Made by a program: the position numbers and the translations under genes. From contig JBBDRK010000050.1 in the NCBI GenBank assembly GCA_040905465.1, positions 1 to 16,426 of the forward strand: a DNA stretch of 16,426 nucleotides. Direction: 5' to 3'. Source of the DNA: Trueperaceae bacterium (GTDB lineage: Bacteria; Deinococcota; Deinococci; Deinococcales; Trueperaceae). Shown one piece after another: positions 1-6,856 of this stretch; position 1 is the first letter of the stretch; each line of letters starts with the position of its first letter. The notes below the pieces were generated by a model. The model was not told where the DNA came from and ran no database searches. It saw only the letters and a list, made by a program, of their open reading frames with translations.

Positions 1-214
1 GTTCGCCGTGTTCGAAAACACTTGCCAACAGAAGCGTTGAAACTCCTCCCGCAATTTGGGCGCCTGGGATGAGTGGAGCTAGTGGCGCAACCGGCTGGAG
101 GCACTGAAGATCGAGGGCAGCAGGCCTCCTTCCGTGTCGACCCGTTTGCCGAATGGCAAGACCCAGGCAGGCATCCCGTGCAGAGCGGGACAGGGGCCCA
201 ACGGGAAGGTACTT
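1..214 (-). mobile_element. Probable IS110-family insertion sequence, non-coding left end (transposase would lie left of the window); right boundary about 212-216
   Basis: The minus strand carries TTGCC-ATTC-GGCAA, CGGGTCGACACGGAAG, TCGATCTTCAGTGCC and AGCCGGTTGCGCCACTAGCT, which I recall from leaders of one IS110 transposase subgroup. A -10-like TACCTT (211-206) sits at the boundary, there are no terminal inverted repeats, and the neighbouring gene loses protein-like character here. Recognition is from memory; no transposase is in the window. Confidence 0.6.
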
Positions 215-782
215 GGTGGTCGCCACCGGTGGCCAGGCGGTGACTACCGGGCCGGACGGCCGGTTCGAGTTCCCGGCGCTTTCGGTTGGAGAGCACCTGA
301 TTCACGTCGCCATCGATGATGCGCTGGCGCCCAATCAGATCCTGACACCGGCTGCCCCGCACCTCGTTAACATCGCCGAAGCGCGGAGCACACGTGTGGA
401 CTTCGAGATAATCACCGGTGCCTCCGTTACAGGCGTACTTCGGGTGCAAAGTCCGGAAGATGCCGTCGAAACCGTCGACGACATCGCTACTGGAGATGAG
501 CTGGCAAGCGGAGTCCGGATCGAGCTGAGCAACGGAACGACCACCGTTCATGCGGTGACAGACGCGAAGGGAACGTTTCGCATCAATCGCGTCGCGGCGG
601 GCGACTGGACGATCCGCGTCGCCGACCGCGATCTCCCCGAGAACTACCTTATCGAGCCAAATGAGCGATCGCTGACGCTCCAGCCCGGCGACATCGAACG
701 CGTCGAATTCCAGTTGATTCCCGTCGTTCGGCGGATCCGGTTCGAAGAAGGCGGAACCCTGACTCCGCCCAGCCTTCCCTGA
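213..782 (+). CDS. C-terminal portion of a carboxypeptidase-regulatory-like/CnaB-type beta-sandwich repeat surface protein, probably 5'-truncated
   Basis: Two repeats of the T(D/G)xxGxFx(F/I)xx(L/V)xxGx(H/W) pattern (AVTTGPDGRFEFPALSVGEH; AVTDAKGTFRINRVAAGDW). The frame is closed upstream by TGA at 105-107. The ORF-track N-terminus (153-212) has no signal peptide and falls in the putative IS end. Confidence 0.6.
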   Translation: MVVATGGQAVTTGPDGRFEFPALSVGEHLIHVAIDDALAPNQILTPAAPHLVNIAEARSTRVDFEIITGASVTGVLRVQSPEDAVETVDDIATGDELASGVRIELSNGTTTVHAVTDAKGTFRINRVAAGDWTIRVADRDLPENYLIEPNERSLTLQPGDIERVEFQLIPVVRRIRFEEGGTLTPPSLP

Positions 783-792
783 GAACGCAAGC

Positions 793-831
793 AGCAACCC
801 CCGGCGCTGCTAGCGGCGTCGGGGGTTGTTT
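793..831 (+). terminator. Intrinsic terminator hairpin between the surface-protein gene and the convergent tRNA operon
   Basis: AGCAACCCCCGGCGCTG-CTAG-CGGCGTCGGGGGTTGTT: 17-bp stem whose three imperfect pairs are G-U on the + strand, ending in TTGTTT, 10 nt after the stop at 782. Confidence 0.75.
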
Positions 832-852
832 CGTGCCCATCGGGCTCTTTTG

Positions 853-929
<77 letters not shown>

Positions 930-969
930 GCGTTGTGTCCGCAACCGGGTCTTCTGGCGGTGTGCGGTG

Positions 970-1062
970 TGGCGGAGAGGGAGGGATTCGAACCCTCGAT
1001 AGAGGTTTTGCCCCTATACTCCCTTAGCAGGGGAGCGCCTTCAGCCGCTCGGCCACCTCTCC
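970..1062 (-). tRNA. tRNA-Ser(GCT)
   Basis: GGAGAGG/CCTCTCC acceptor stem, CTCCC-CTGCTAA-GGGAG anticodon arm, long variable arm, GTTCGAATC, G discriminator + CCA; 93 nt. Confidence 0.98.
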
Positions 1063-1108
1063 AGGAGTTCTAAGACGCGCCTCTCGAACGCGCTGCGCAG
1101 ACATCTTC

Positions 1109-1198
1109 TGGCGGAGGGTGAGGGATTCGAACCCCCGGTAGGGCGAGCCCTACTGCGGTTTTCAAGACCGCCGCTTTCAACCGCTCAGCCAACCCTCC
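1109..1198 (-). tRNA. tRNA-Ser(TGA)
   Basis: GGAGGGT/ACCCTCC acceptor stem, GCGGT-CTTGAAA-ACCGC anticodon arm, long variable arm GTAGGGC-TC-GCCCTAC, G discriminator + CCA; 90 nt. Confidence 0.98.
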
Positions 1199-1243
1199 GG
1201 TCAGCAACAGACCTGCCCGAAAGCCGTCCGGTCAGCGTCAGCG

Positions 1244-1273
1244 AGTATACATAGCGCCCGGCGGAAGTGTCAA
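1244..1273 (-). promoter_or_regulatory. Sigma70-type promoter of the tRNA operon
   Basis: TTGACA (1273-1268), 18-nt spacer, TATACT (1249-1244), followed by a GC-rich discriminator, about 45 nt upstream of tRNA-Ser(TGA). Confidence 0.85.
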
Positions 1274-2016
1274 CGCGTTCGGCGACGTCCGGGAATCGCG
1301 TCCGGGGGCTGGTCCGCGGCCCAGCGAGCCTGGCTCCACAGCCCCCTCAGCGCCGCAACCTCGCGCTTCGAGAGCGCCGCTCGGTCGAGCATGCGCCTGA
1401 ACATGTGCTCGACACTCGGCGCCTTCAGCGCGTCGGTGTAGCCGATGTGGAGCAGCGTGTCGACCAACTGGGAGATCATCGGCTCGATCTCCTCGCGAGT
1501 CGCCGCCTCGACCGCCTGGGCGCCGTCGGCAGACGATGGGAGCAACTGCGGCCCGGATCGAACGAACCACTCGTAGGCGATCACGTTGACGGCCTGAGCC
1601 AGATTGAGCGAGGCATAGTCGGCCGTCGGTATTCGCACGGCGGCTTGGCACAGGTCCAGCTCTGTGTTGCTCAGGCCGGTGTCTTCGGGACCGAACATCA
1701 CCGCACCACCTTCGACCGGCAACCCTGCCACCGCCGGCCTGGGCGCCAGTACCTCGAACGAGGGCGACGCTCGCAGCCTCGCGGTGGTTCCGAGAACGCG
1801 GGTTCGGCCGGCAAGCGCTTCGCCGGCGCTACCGACAATCCTGGCCCGGTCGAGCACGTCGGCGGCGTGCGAGGCGAGGGCATACGCCTGCCGGTCGAGA
1901 CGACAACGAGGCGCCACCAGCACCAGATCGACAAGTCCGAAGTTCTTCATGGCACGAGCCACGCTGCCCACGTTGCCGCTGTGCTTCGTTGCTACCAGGA
2001 TTATCCGGAGGCTCAC
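1270..2016 (-). CDS. trmJ: SPOUT-family tRNA methyltransferase, TrmJ/LasT (TrmH group 1) type
   Basis: Motifs GNVGSVARAMKNFG, GTTAR, FGPEDTGLSNTEL, SLNLAQAVNVIAYE and C-terminal LSKREVAALRG; 248 aa, GTG start. Confidence 0.88.
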   Translation of the reverse strand: MSLRIILVATKHSGNVGSVARAMKNFGLVDLVLVAPRCRLDRQAYALASHAADVLDRARIVGSAGEALAGRTRVLGTTARLRASPSFEVLAPRPAVAGLPVEGGAVMFGPEDTGLSNTELDLCQAAVRIPTADYASLNLAQAVNVIAYEWFVRSGPQLLPSSADGAQAVEAATREEIEPMISQLVDTLLHIGYTDALKAPSVEHMFRRMLDRAALSKREVAALRGLWSQARWAADQPPDAIPGRRRTR

Positions 2017-2022
2017 CGGTTC

Positions 2023-2031
2023 AGGATAACA
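2023..2031 (-). promoter_or_regulatory. Extended -10 element of a leaderless promoter for the trmJ-like gene
   Basis: TGT-TATCCT-GAACCG-GTG: TGn + TANNNT, 6 nt before the start codon, with no Shine-Dalgarno. Confidence 0.65.
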
Positions 2032-2076
2032 GCGAGCTTCCCCGCCCGCTCAGGCGCTGCCTTCCCGTGCAATGGC

Positions 2077-2100
2077 AACGGCGGTCCGAAGACCGCCGCC
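2077..2100 (-). terminator. cUUCGg-capped hairpin after rpsT (terminator or 3' stabiliser)
   Basis: Minus strand GGCGGCGGTC-TTCG-GACCGCCGTT, 21 nt after the rpsT stop; the U-tract is weak. Confidence 0.55.
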
Positions 2101-2121
2101 AATACCGCGAAAACGAACCGC

Positions 2122-2403
2122 TCAGGCCGGCTTCTGCTCGGCCCGGGCGGCGTTCACGTGGCGCGCCAGGCGCGCTTTCTTGCGTGCCGCGTTGTTCTTG
2201 TGTATGGTCGAGCCCTTGGCGGCCTTGTCTATGAGGCTCTGAGCGACCTTTTCGAACTTTACTGCGCTCTCGATGTCGCCGGCTTCGGCAGCAGCGACCG
2301 CCTTCTTCGAGAAGGTGCGGATCATGCTCTTCTTGGCGCGGTTCGCCAACCGGGCCCGTTCGGACTGCCGGTGGTATTTCATCGCAGACTGACTTCTGGC
2401 CAT
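2122..2403 (-). CDS. rpsT: 30S ribosomal protein S20
   Basis: [25 protein letters not shown]...[24 protein letters not shown]; 93 aa, basic; AAGGAG Shine-Dalgarno upstream of the ATG. Confidence 0.97.
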   Translation of the reverse strand: MARSQSAMKYHRQSERARLANRAKKSMIRTFSKKAVAAAEAGDIESAVKFEKVAQSLIDKAAKGSTIHKNNAARKKARLARHVNAARAEQKPA

Positions 2404-2478
2404 GCTTCTCCTTCAGGGCAGTTGGATCTTCAGTGGGTGAGGGGCGATTCTGTGCCCCATCCTGCCAATAACCCATAA

Positions 2479-2508
2479 ATCCTAGCACGGCGGCCGCCGG
2501 AGGCGCAA
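2479..2508 (-). promoter_or_regulatory. Probable rpsT promoter
   Basis: TTGCGC (2508-2503), 18-nt spacer, TAGGAT (2484-2479) preceded by TGC (extended -10). Confidence 0.6.
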
Positions 2509-2906
2509 CGCGCGGGAGACGGCCCGCGGCACGGCCGTCAAAGATGTGCCGTCGAAAACGACGCTGTATCCGGAGTCGGGCTGACGCGTAAGAGTTGTGT
2601 AAGGTGGCCCGTCTAGAATTATGGTTGGTCGATCCGGTTCCGTGTGAACCGGTAAGGCTGCGCTCGAGGAGACTGGGGAACCGAAACCAACAAGTTGCGC
2701 ACAACCGCGTGCAGCGACCGCCAAGCGGCGTGAGCTCGGTCTTTTCGGGCGGACGCGAGGTATTCGGCAGGGCAGAGAAACCAGGGACGATGAGGCCGAA
2801 CAGCAACCAGCAGCCGGAGTGGCGGAGCCTTCACGCCAGCTCCGAACCGAGGCAGACGCAGTCGGGTGAAACACAGGGTCTACCGGCAGTCCTGTCGCGG
2901 CTCGAC

Positions 2907-3467
2907 ATGAGGCGACGGCCGTCGTTGCTCCTCGTCGCGCTCACTGTCTTGCTGGCGACCCTCGCAGCCTGCAGTGGCCAGCCGGTCTACGAGACGGTGT
3001 CAGCGATCAGCCTGACCGCAGACGACCTGCTCGAGCCGAATGGTGACCCAATACTGTCGGTCGCGGGCGCCTTCGAGCGCACGGTCGACGGTAACGAGAT
3101 CAGGCTCGATCTGGAGACACTCGATCGCTTCGGCGTGGTCGAATACACCATCTTCGATCCCTGGTTGAAGACCGACGTGACATACAGCGGTGTACTCATG
3201 GCTACCATCCTCGACACGCTGGAAGTGGCGTCCACAGCCGAAATCGTCGGATTGTCGGCGCTCGACGACTATCGCGTAGAGATTCCTGTCGATGACATCC
3301 GCGAGTGGCCCATCTTACTCGCCACCAGACGAGACGGACAGCCTCTGAGAATCTCGGACGGCGGACCCAGTCGCGTCATCTATCCCGTACATGCATTCCG
3401 CGACGCAGCCAATGCCGAATACAGGGCGAACTGGATCTGGAACGTCGCAAGGGTCGAGATTCGATGA
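2907..3467 (+). CDS. Lipoprotein with a molybdopterin-oxidoreductase (SUOX/Oxidored_molyb) fold lacking the Mo-ligating Cys; PruR-like putative pterin-binding protein
   Basis: From ATG 2907: MRRR + hydrophobic core + lipobox LAA-C22. Motifs ILSVAG, DPW, YSGV, ALDDY, ILLA, DGQPL, GGPSRVIYP, WIWNV. No Cys in the mature chain beyond the lipidated one. 186 aa. An alternative in-frame ATG exists at 2790. Confidence 0.8.
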   Translation: MRRRPSLLLVALTVLLATLAACSGQPVYETVSAISLTADDLLEPNGDPILSVAGAFERTVDGNEIRLDLETLDRFGVVEYTIFDPWLKTDVTYSGVLMATILDTLEVASTAEIVGLSALDDYRVEIPVDDIREWPILLATRRDGQPLRISDGGPSRVIYPVHAFRDAANAEYRANWIWNVARVEIR

Positions 3468-5965
3468 CCGTAACCGCGCTTTCGGCGGGAAGGAGACTCG
3501 CCCAGTGGCAGGGGGGCCTGTTCATCCTCGTCTGCGCCCTCAGTATCGGGCTCATGGCGACCCTCGTTCAGGCAGTGAGAAACGTGTCTGCGACGATCGA
3601 CAGCTATGAAAGCAGCGGTTACGTCGTCACCACGCTCGCCAACTTGCAGCGTGAGGCGCTTCGACTGCATCTGGAAGTCGATGACCTGTTGGCGGGGCGG
3701 AGCGATGACAGCGCCGGCCTCGAACTCCAGCGGCAGCTCCTCCAGCAGCAGTTGAATATCCTGACTCCGCAGATGATCGCCGCCGAGGCCGGCGGTACGG
3801 GCAGCGATGGGGGCATCGGCAGCGTAACGGAACAACTGGCATCGGTGGACAGACTCCTGGCGATCATGCCGCCTGTGTTCAGCGGCTCGACCGATCTCGA
3901 ACGCGAGCAGGACCTGACCGACGGGCTGCGTGGACTGGAGCGAAGCATCAAGCAGCTCTACGATCGTGAAGAGAGTTCGTTCTTCACGGAAATGGGCGAA
4001 GAGCTACGCAGTCAGCAGAGCCTACAGCGCCTGGTGCTGGCGCTGGCGGCCATGGTCCCGCTCTTCACGGTCTCTTTGATCCTGTCGCTACGGCACACTT
4101 TCGGCAATCGATTCAAGGCCGCCTATCGTCAACTGGATCGCGAAATGCGCGAACGCCGCAAGATAGAGCAATTCGAGCAGGACCGGGGCCGGGTACTCGA
4201 GTTGGTGATGCAGGACGCTCCGGTCTCCCAGATTCTCGAGGAGATCCGCGACTCGCTCACTCACCAGCGACCGACGTCGAGCCCCACTATCCTGATTCGC
4301 GCGGAAGCCGGTCTGGTCCACGGCGCCGGAGCTCGGCTGCCGGAGGCGCTGGAGCGTCGACTGGGCGCCGACGGTCTCGACTCCGGCCAGGCAACGTTCA
4401 CAGGACTGCCGAACGACATCGATGGCGAGCAGTGGTTGATGCGGTCGGACGACGACTCCTGCATTCGCTTCGGACACGACGGCGCCACCTATCTTGCTGC
4501 CCCGATTGCCTCCAACGGCGATACCGGGCCTGCCTTTGGTTTCGTGGTGCTCGATCGACCAGGTTTCGATCCTGGTGTCGACGGTGATGAAGGCCGGTTG
4601 CTGTCACGGGTCGGGCAACTCGCCGGACTTGCGCTCGAACACAAGCTGCTGGCGGAACAACTCGCCCACCGAGCACTGCACGACCCACTGACGGACCTGG
4701 GAAACAGCAGGTTGCTCCAGTTGAACCTGGAACGGGCCATAGATCTAGCCGGGCGGGAGCACAATTCCTTGGCCCTCATCTTCATCGACCTCGATCGATT
4801 CAAATGGATCAACGACAGTCAGGGGCACGAGGCGGGTGACAAGCTGCTGGTACAGGTAGCGGAACGACTGCGGGAGTGCGTGGGCACCGGCAACGAGATT
4901 TCACGGCTGGGCGGCGACGAATTCGTGCTGGTCATCCCGCGCGCCCAGCGGATCGCGGGGATCGCCGAACTCGCCGCGGAGCTCAATCGCAGCCTGGCCG
5001 AACCGTTCACACTGGGCGGCAATGAGTACTGCATCTCCGCCAGCATCGGCATCAGCATCTTTCCCGGTGATGGCTCGAGCGCCGAAGCGCTGCTCAGAAG
5101 CGCCGACTATGCAATGTATGAGGCAAAAAAGCGTGGCAAGAACGGTTTCGTCTTCGCGTCGCAGACCGACGAGCGTCAGATCGCGCAAAGCGTCGCCCTC
5201 GAGAGCGCCCTGCGAAACGCCCTGGAACATGACGAATTCCACCTCGTGTTTCAGCCTTACTTCCACGCCGAGTCGAGCCATCCCGCGGGGGTGGAGGCGC
5301 TGTTGCGCTGGCAGCATCATGAGTTCGGGCTCGTCCCTCCGGGAACCTTTATTCCGATCGCCGAGCGCGCCGGATTGATCGTCGAGATCGGCAGATGGGT
5401 CTTGCGGCAGGCCTGCCTTCAGGCGGCCAGGCATCTGCATCCGGGACTGCGGGTGGCCGTCAACGTGTCGGCGGTCCAGTTCCTGCAATCCGGCTTCCTG
5501 GACGATGTCAACGCTGCGCTGGTCACGAGCGGGCTGGCGGCGAACATGCTGGAGTTGGAGTTGACCGAGAGCGTGCTGATGGAGGATCTGGAGCTCGCCG
5601 AACAGCGCCTCAGCGCGCTCCGGGAATTGGGGGTGGCGGTCGCTATCGACGACTTCGGGACCGGCTACTCGTCCCTGTTCTACCTGCACCGGCTGCCCAT
5701 CGACACTCTCAAGATCGATCGCTTCTTCATCCAGGAGATCGAGACCGCCGGTCGCACCAGCAAGCATGCAAGGACCCTGGTCGAGACCATCGTACATATG
5801 GCTCACGGACTCGGCCTCGAGGTAGTCGCCGAGGGCGTCGAGACCACCAGTCAGCTCGCGTTGGTCCGCAAGGCAGGCTGTGACAGAGTCCAGGGACATC
5901 TGCTGGGCGGGGCGTCACCGCTGGCGGAGCTCAGCTTGGAGCGCCCTGCAGCCTTGATTCACTGA
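3464..5965 (+). CDS. Membrane-bound diguanylate cyclase/phosphodiesterase (2 TM + extracytoplasmic domain, GAF-like, GGDEF, EAL); DcpA-like
   Basis: ATGA overlap with the upstream gene. Two hydrophobic segments flank about 150 aa. Cyclase motifs HDPLT, DLDRFKWINDSQGHEAGD, GGDEF (4910-4924). Phosphodiesterase motifs EALLRW (5294), VNVS, ELTES, DDFGTGYSS, KIDR, EGVE, QG. 833 aa. Confidence 0.93.
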   Translation: MTVTALSAGRRLAQWQGGLFILVCALSIGLMATLVQAVRNVSATIDSYESSGYVVTTLANLQREALRLHLEVDDLLAGRSDDSAGLELQRQLLQQQLNILTPQMIAAEAGGTGSDGGIGSVTEQLASVDRLLAIMPPVFSGSTDLEREQDLTDGLRGLERSIKQLYDREESSFFTEMGEELRSQQSLQRLVLALAAMVPLFTVSLILSLRHTFGNRFKAAYRQLDREMRERRKIEQFEQDRGRVLELVMQDAPVSQILEEIRDSLTHQRPTSSPTILIRAEAGLVHGAGARLPEALERRLGADGLDSGQATFTGLPNDIDGEQWLMRSDDDSCIRFGHDGATYLAAPIASNGDTGPAFGFVVLDRPGFDPGVDGDEGRLLSRVGQLAGLALEHKLLAEQLAHRALHDPLTDLGNSRLLQLNLERAIDLAGREHNSLALIFIDLDRFKWINDSQGHEAGDKLLVQVAERLRECVGTGNEISRLGGDEFVLVIPRAQRIAGIAELAAELNRSLAEPFTLGGNEYCISASIGISIFPGDGSSAEALLRSADYAMYEAKKRGKNGFVFASQTDERQIAQSVALESALRNALEHDEFHLVFQPYFHAESSHPAGVEALLRWQHHEFGLVPPGTFIPIAERAGLIVEIGRWVLRQACLQAARHLHPGLRVAVNVSAVQFLQSGFLDDVNAALVTSGLAANMLELELTESVLMEDLELAEQRLSALRELGVAVAIDDFGTGYSSLFYLHRLPIDTLKIDRFFIQEIETAGRTSKHARTLVETIVHMAHGLGLEVVAEGVETTSQLALVRKAGCDRVQGHLLGGASPLAELSLERPAALIH

Positions 5966-6084
5966 TCGTCACGCGCCTGTCATCACCACCGAGGTACCGA
6001 GGTATCTATCAGCAGACGTTCTCGGGCACTACACTGCTATTTACGGGGGCAGCGGAACCGCCGGGGGAAGGGTAACACCTTCCG

Positions 6085-6122
6085 AAAAAGAAGCCGGATC
6101 CACGGGGGCGGATCCGGCTTCT
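6085..6122 (-). terminator. Intrinsic terminator (possibly bidirectional) downstream of the HAD-methyltransferase pair
   Basis: Perfect 13-bp stem AGAAGCCGGATCC/GGATCCGGCTTCT (6089-6101/6110-6122) with an 8-nt loop, followed by TTTT on the minus strand. Confidence 0.8.
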
Positions 6123-6168
6123 GCTATTTGTGCACAAAGATGCAGGGCGGCGCGGGCGACTCTGCGCG

Positions 6169-6837
6169 TCAGCCCTCACTCTCGCCCACGGGCGAAACGG
6201 TGCGGCGGTAGACCACTACCAGCCAGAGGCCGACGTTCCGACCGAACACACGGGTGAAGCCGGCCCCTTCGATCAGCCCGGCCACTTCTCGCTCTCGGTG
6301 CACGAACGCGCGGAAGCCCGTTCCGGTAACCTTGACCAGCAGGTTCACGAGCGCCACCCCTGCCCGGTTCCACCATGTGTCGCGCGGGTATACCAACGCG
6401 CAGAGCAACTCGGCTCTGCCCACCGAAGCCGAAATCAGACCCGGCATATCGTCGTAGCAGCAGACGACCCGGTCGAGCGTCACGATCGTTGCAGGATCGA
6501 GGTCCGCTGCCAGATCGACGAAGTCTCCCTCGTAGAAGCGCATACTCTCGCCATGGCCCTGCCGCTCCGCTTCCTCTCGAGCGGCGTCGAGGTAGGCGGC
6601 TGAGGCGTCTACCAGCATGGCCAGCCGCGCCCCGTTATCGAGAAGGTGATTCGAGATCGCTCCGACGCCGCCGCCGATGTCCAGTACCGTAGCTCCGGCG
6701 ATGCCTTCGCTGGTCAGGGCGTCGAGCAGCATGCGGGTGGTAGCAGCAGGCCCGCGCTTCCGGTAGCGCCTCAGGTCGCCGCGGGCGATGCGCTTGCCGA
6801 AAACCTTGCGGATGCCGAGACATTGCTTGCAACCCAT
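6169..6837 (-). CDS. Class I SAM-dependent methyltransferase (distantly BchM/ChlM-like)
   Basis: Motif I VLDIGGGVG, acidic VDAS, GDFV, LDRVVCCY. ATG 6837 is preceded by GGAGAG, so it is preferred over TTG 6849. 222 aa. Confidence 0.85.
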   Translation of the reverse strand: MGCKQCLGIRKVFGKRIARGDLRRYRKRGPAATTRMLLDALTSEGIAGATVLDIGGGVGAISNHLLDNGARLAMLVDASAAYLDAAREEAERQGHGESMRFYEGDFVDLAADLDPATIVTLDRVVCCYDDMPGLISASVGRAELLCALVYPRDTWWNRAGVALVNLLVKVTGTGFRAFVHREREVAGLIEGAGFTRVFGRNVGLWLVVVYRRTVSPVGESEG

Positions 6838-6856
6838 CTTCTCTCCCAAGCAGGCT

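Noticed and set aside
1267-2478. 403-aa + strand ORF
   Set aside because: Antisense shadow of trmJ and rpsT; Arg/Gly-rich with no recognisable motifs.
2765-2895. Resemblance to a c-di-GMP-I riboswitch (GGGACG, ACAGGGTCTA), a Moco riboswitch or a hammerhead (GATGAGGCCGAA)
   Set aside because: The core elements (GGCAAA...GNRA stem...GCAAA; CCTCCCG...GGAAAGG; CTGATGA) are not present in the right order.
2595-2906. ORF-track N-terminal extension of the lipoprotein (and the 3305 start for the GGDEF-EAL gene)
   Set aside because: The signal peptide/lipobox fits ATG 2907 and the ATGA overlap fits 3464; the extensions look non-coding or overlap another gene.
5988-6003. Tandem 8-bp duplication ACCGAGGT x2
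   Set aside because: Could be a transposon footprint or slippage, but it is too short to support a call.
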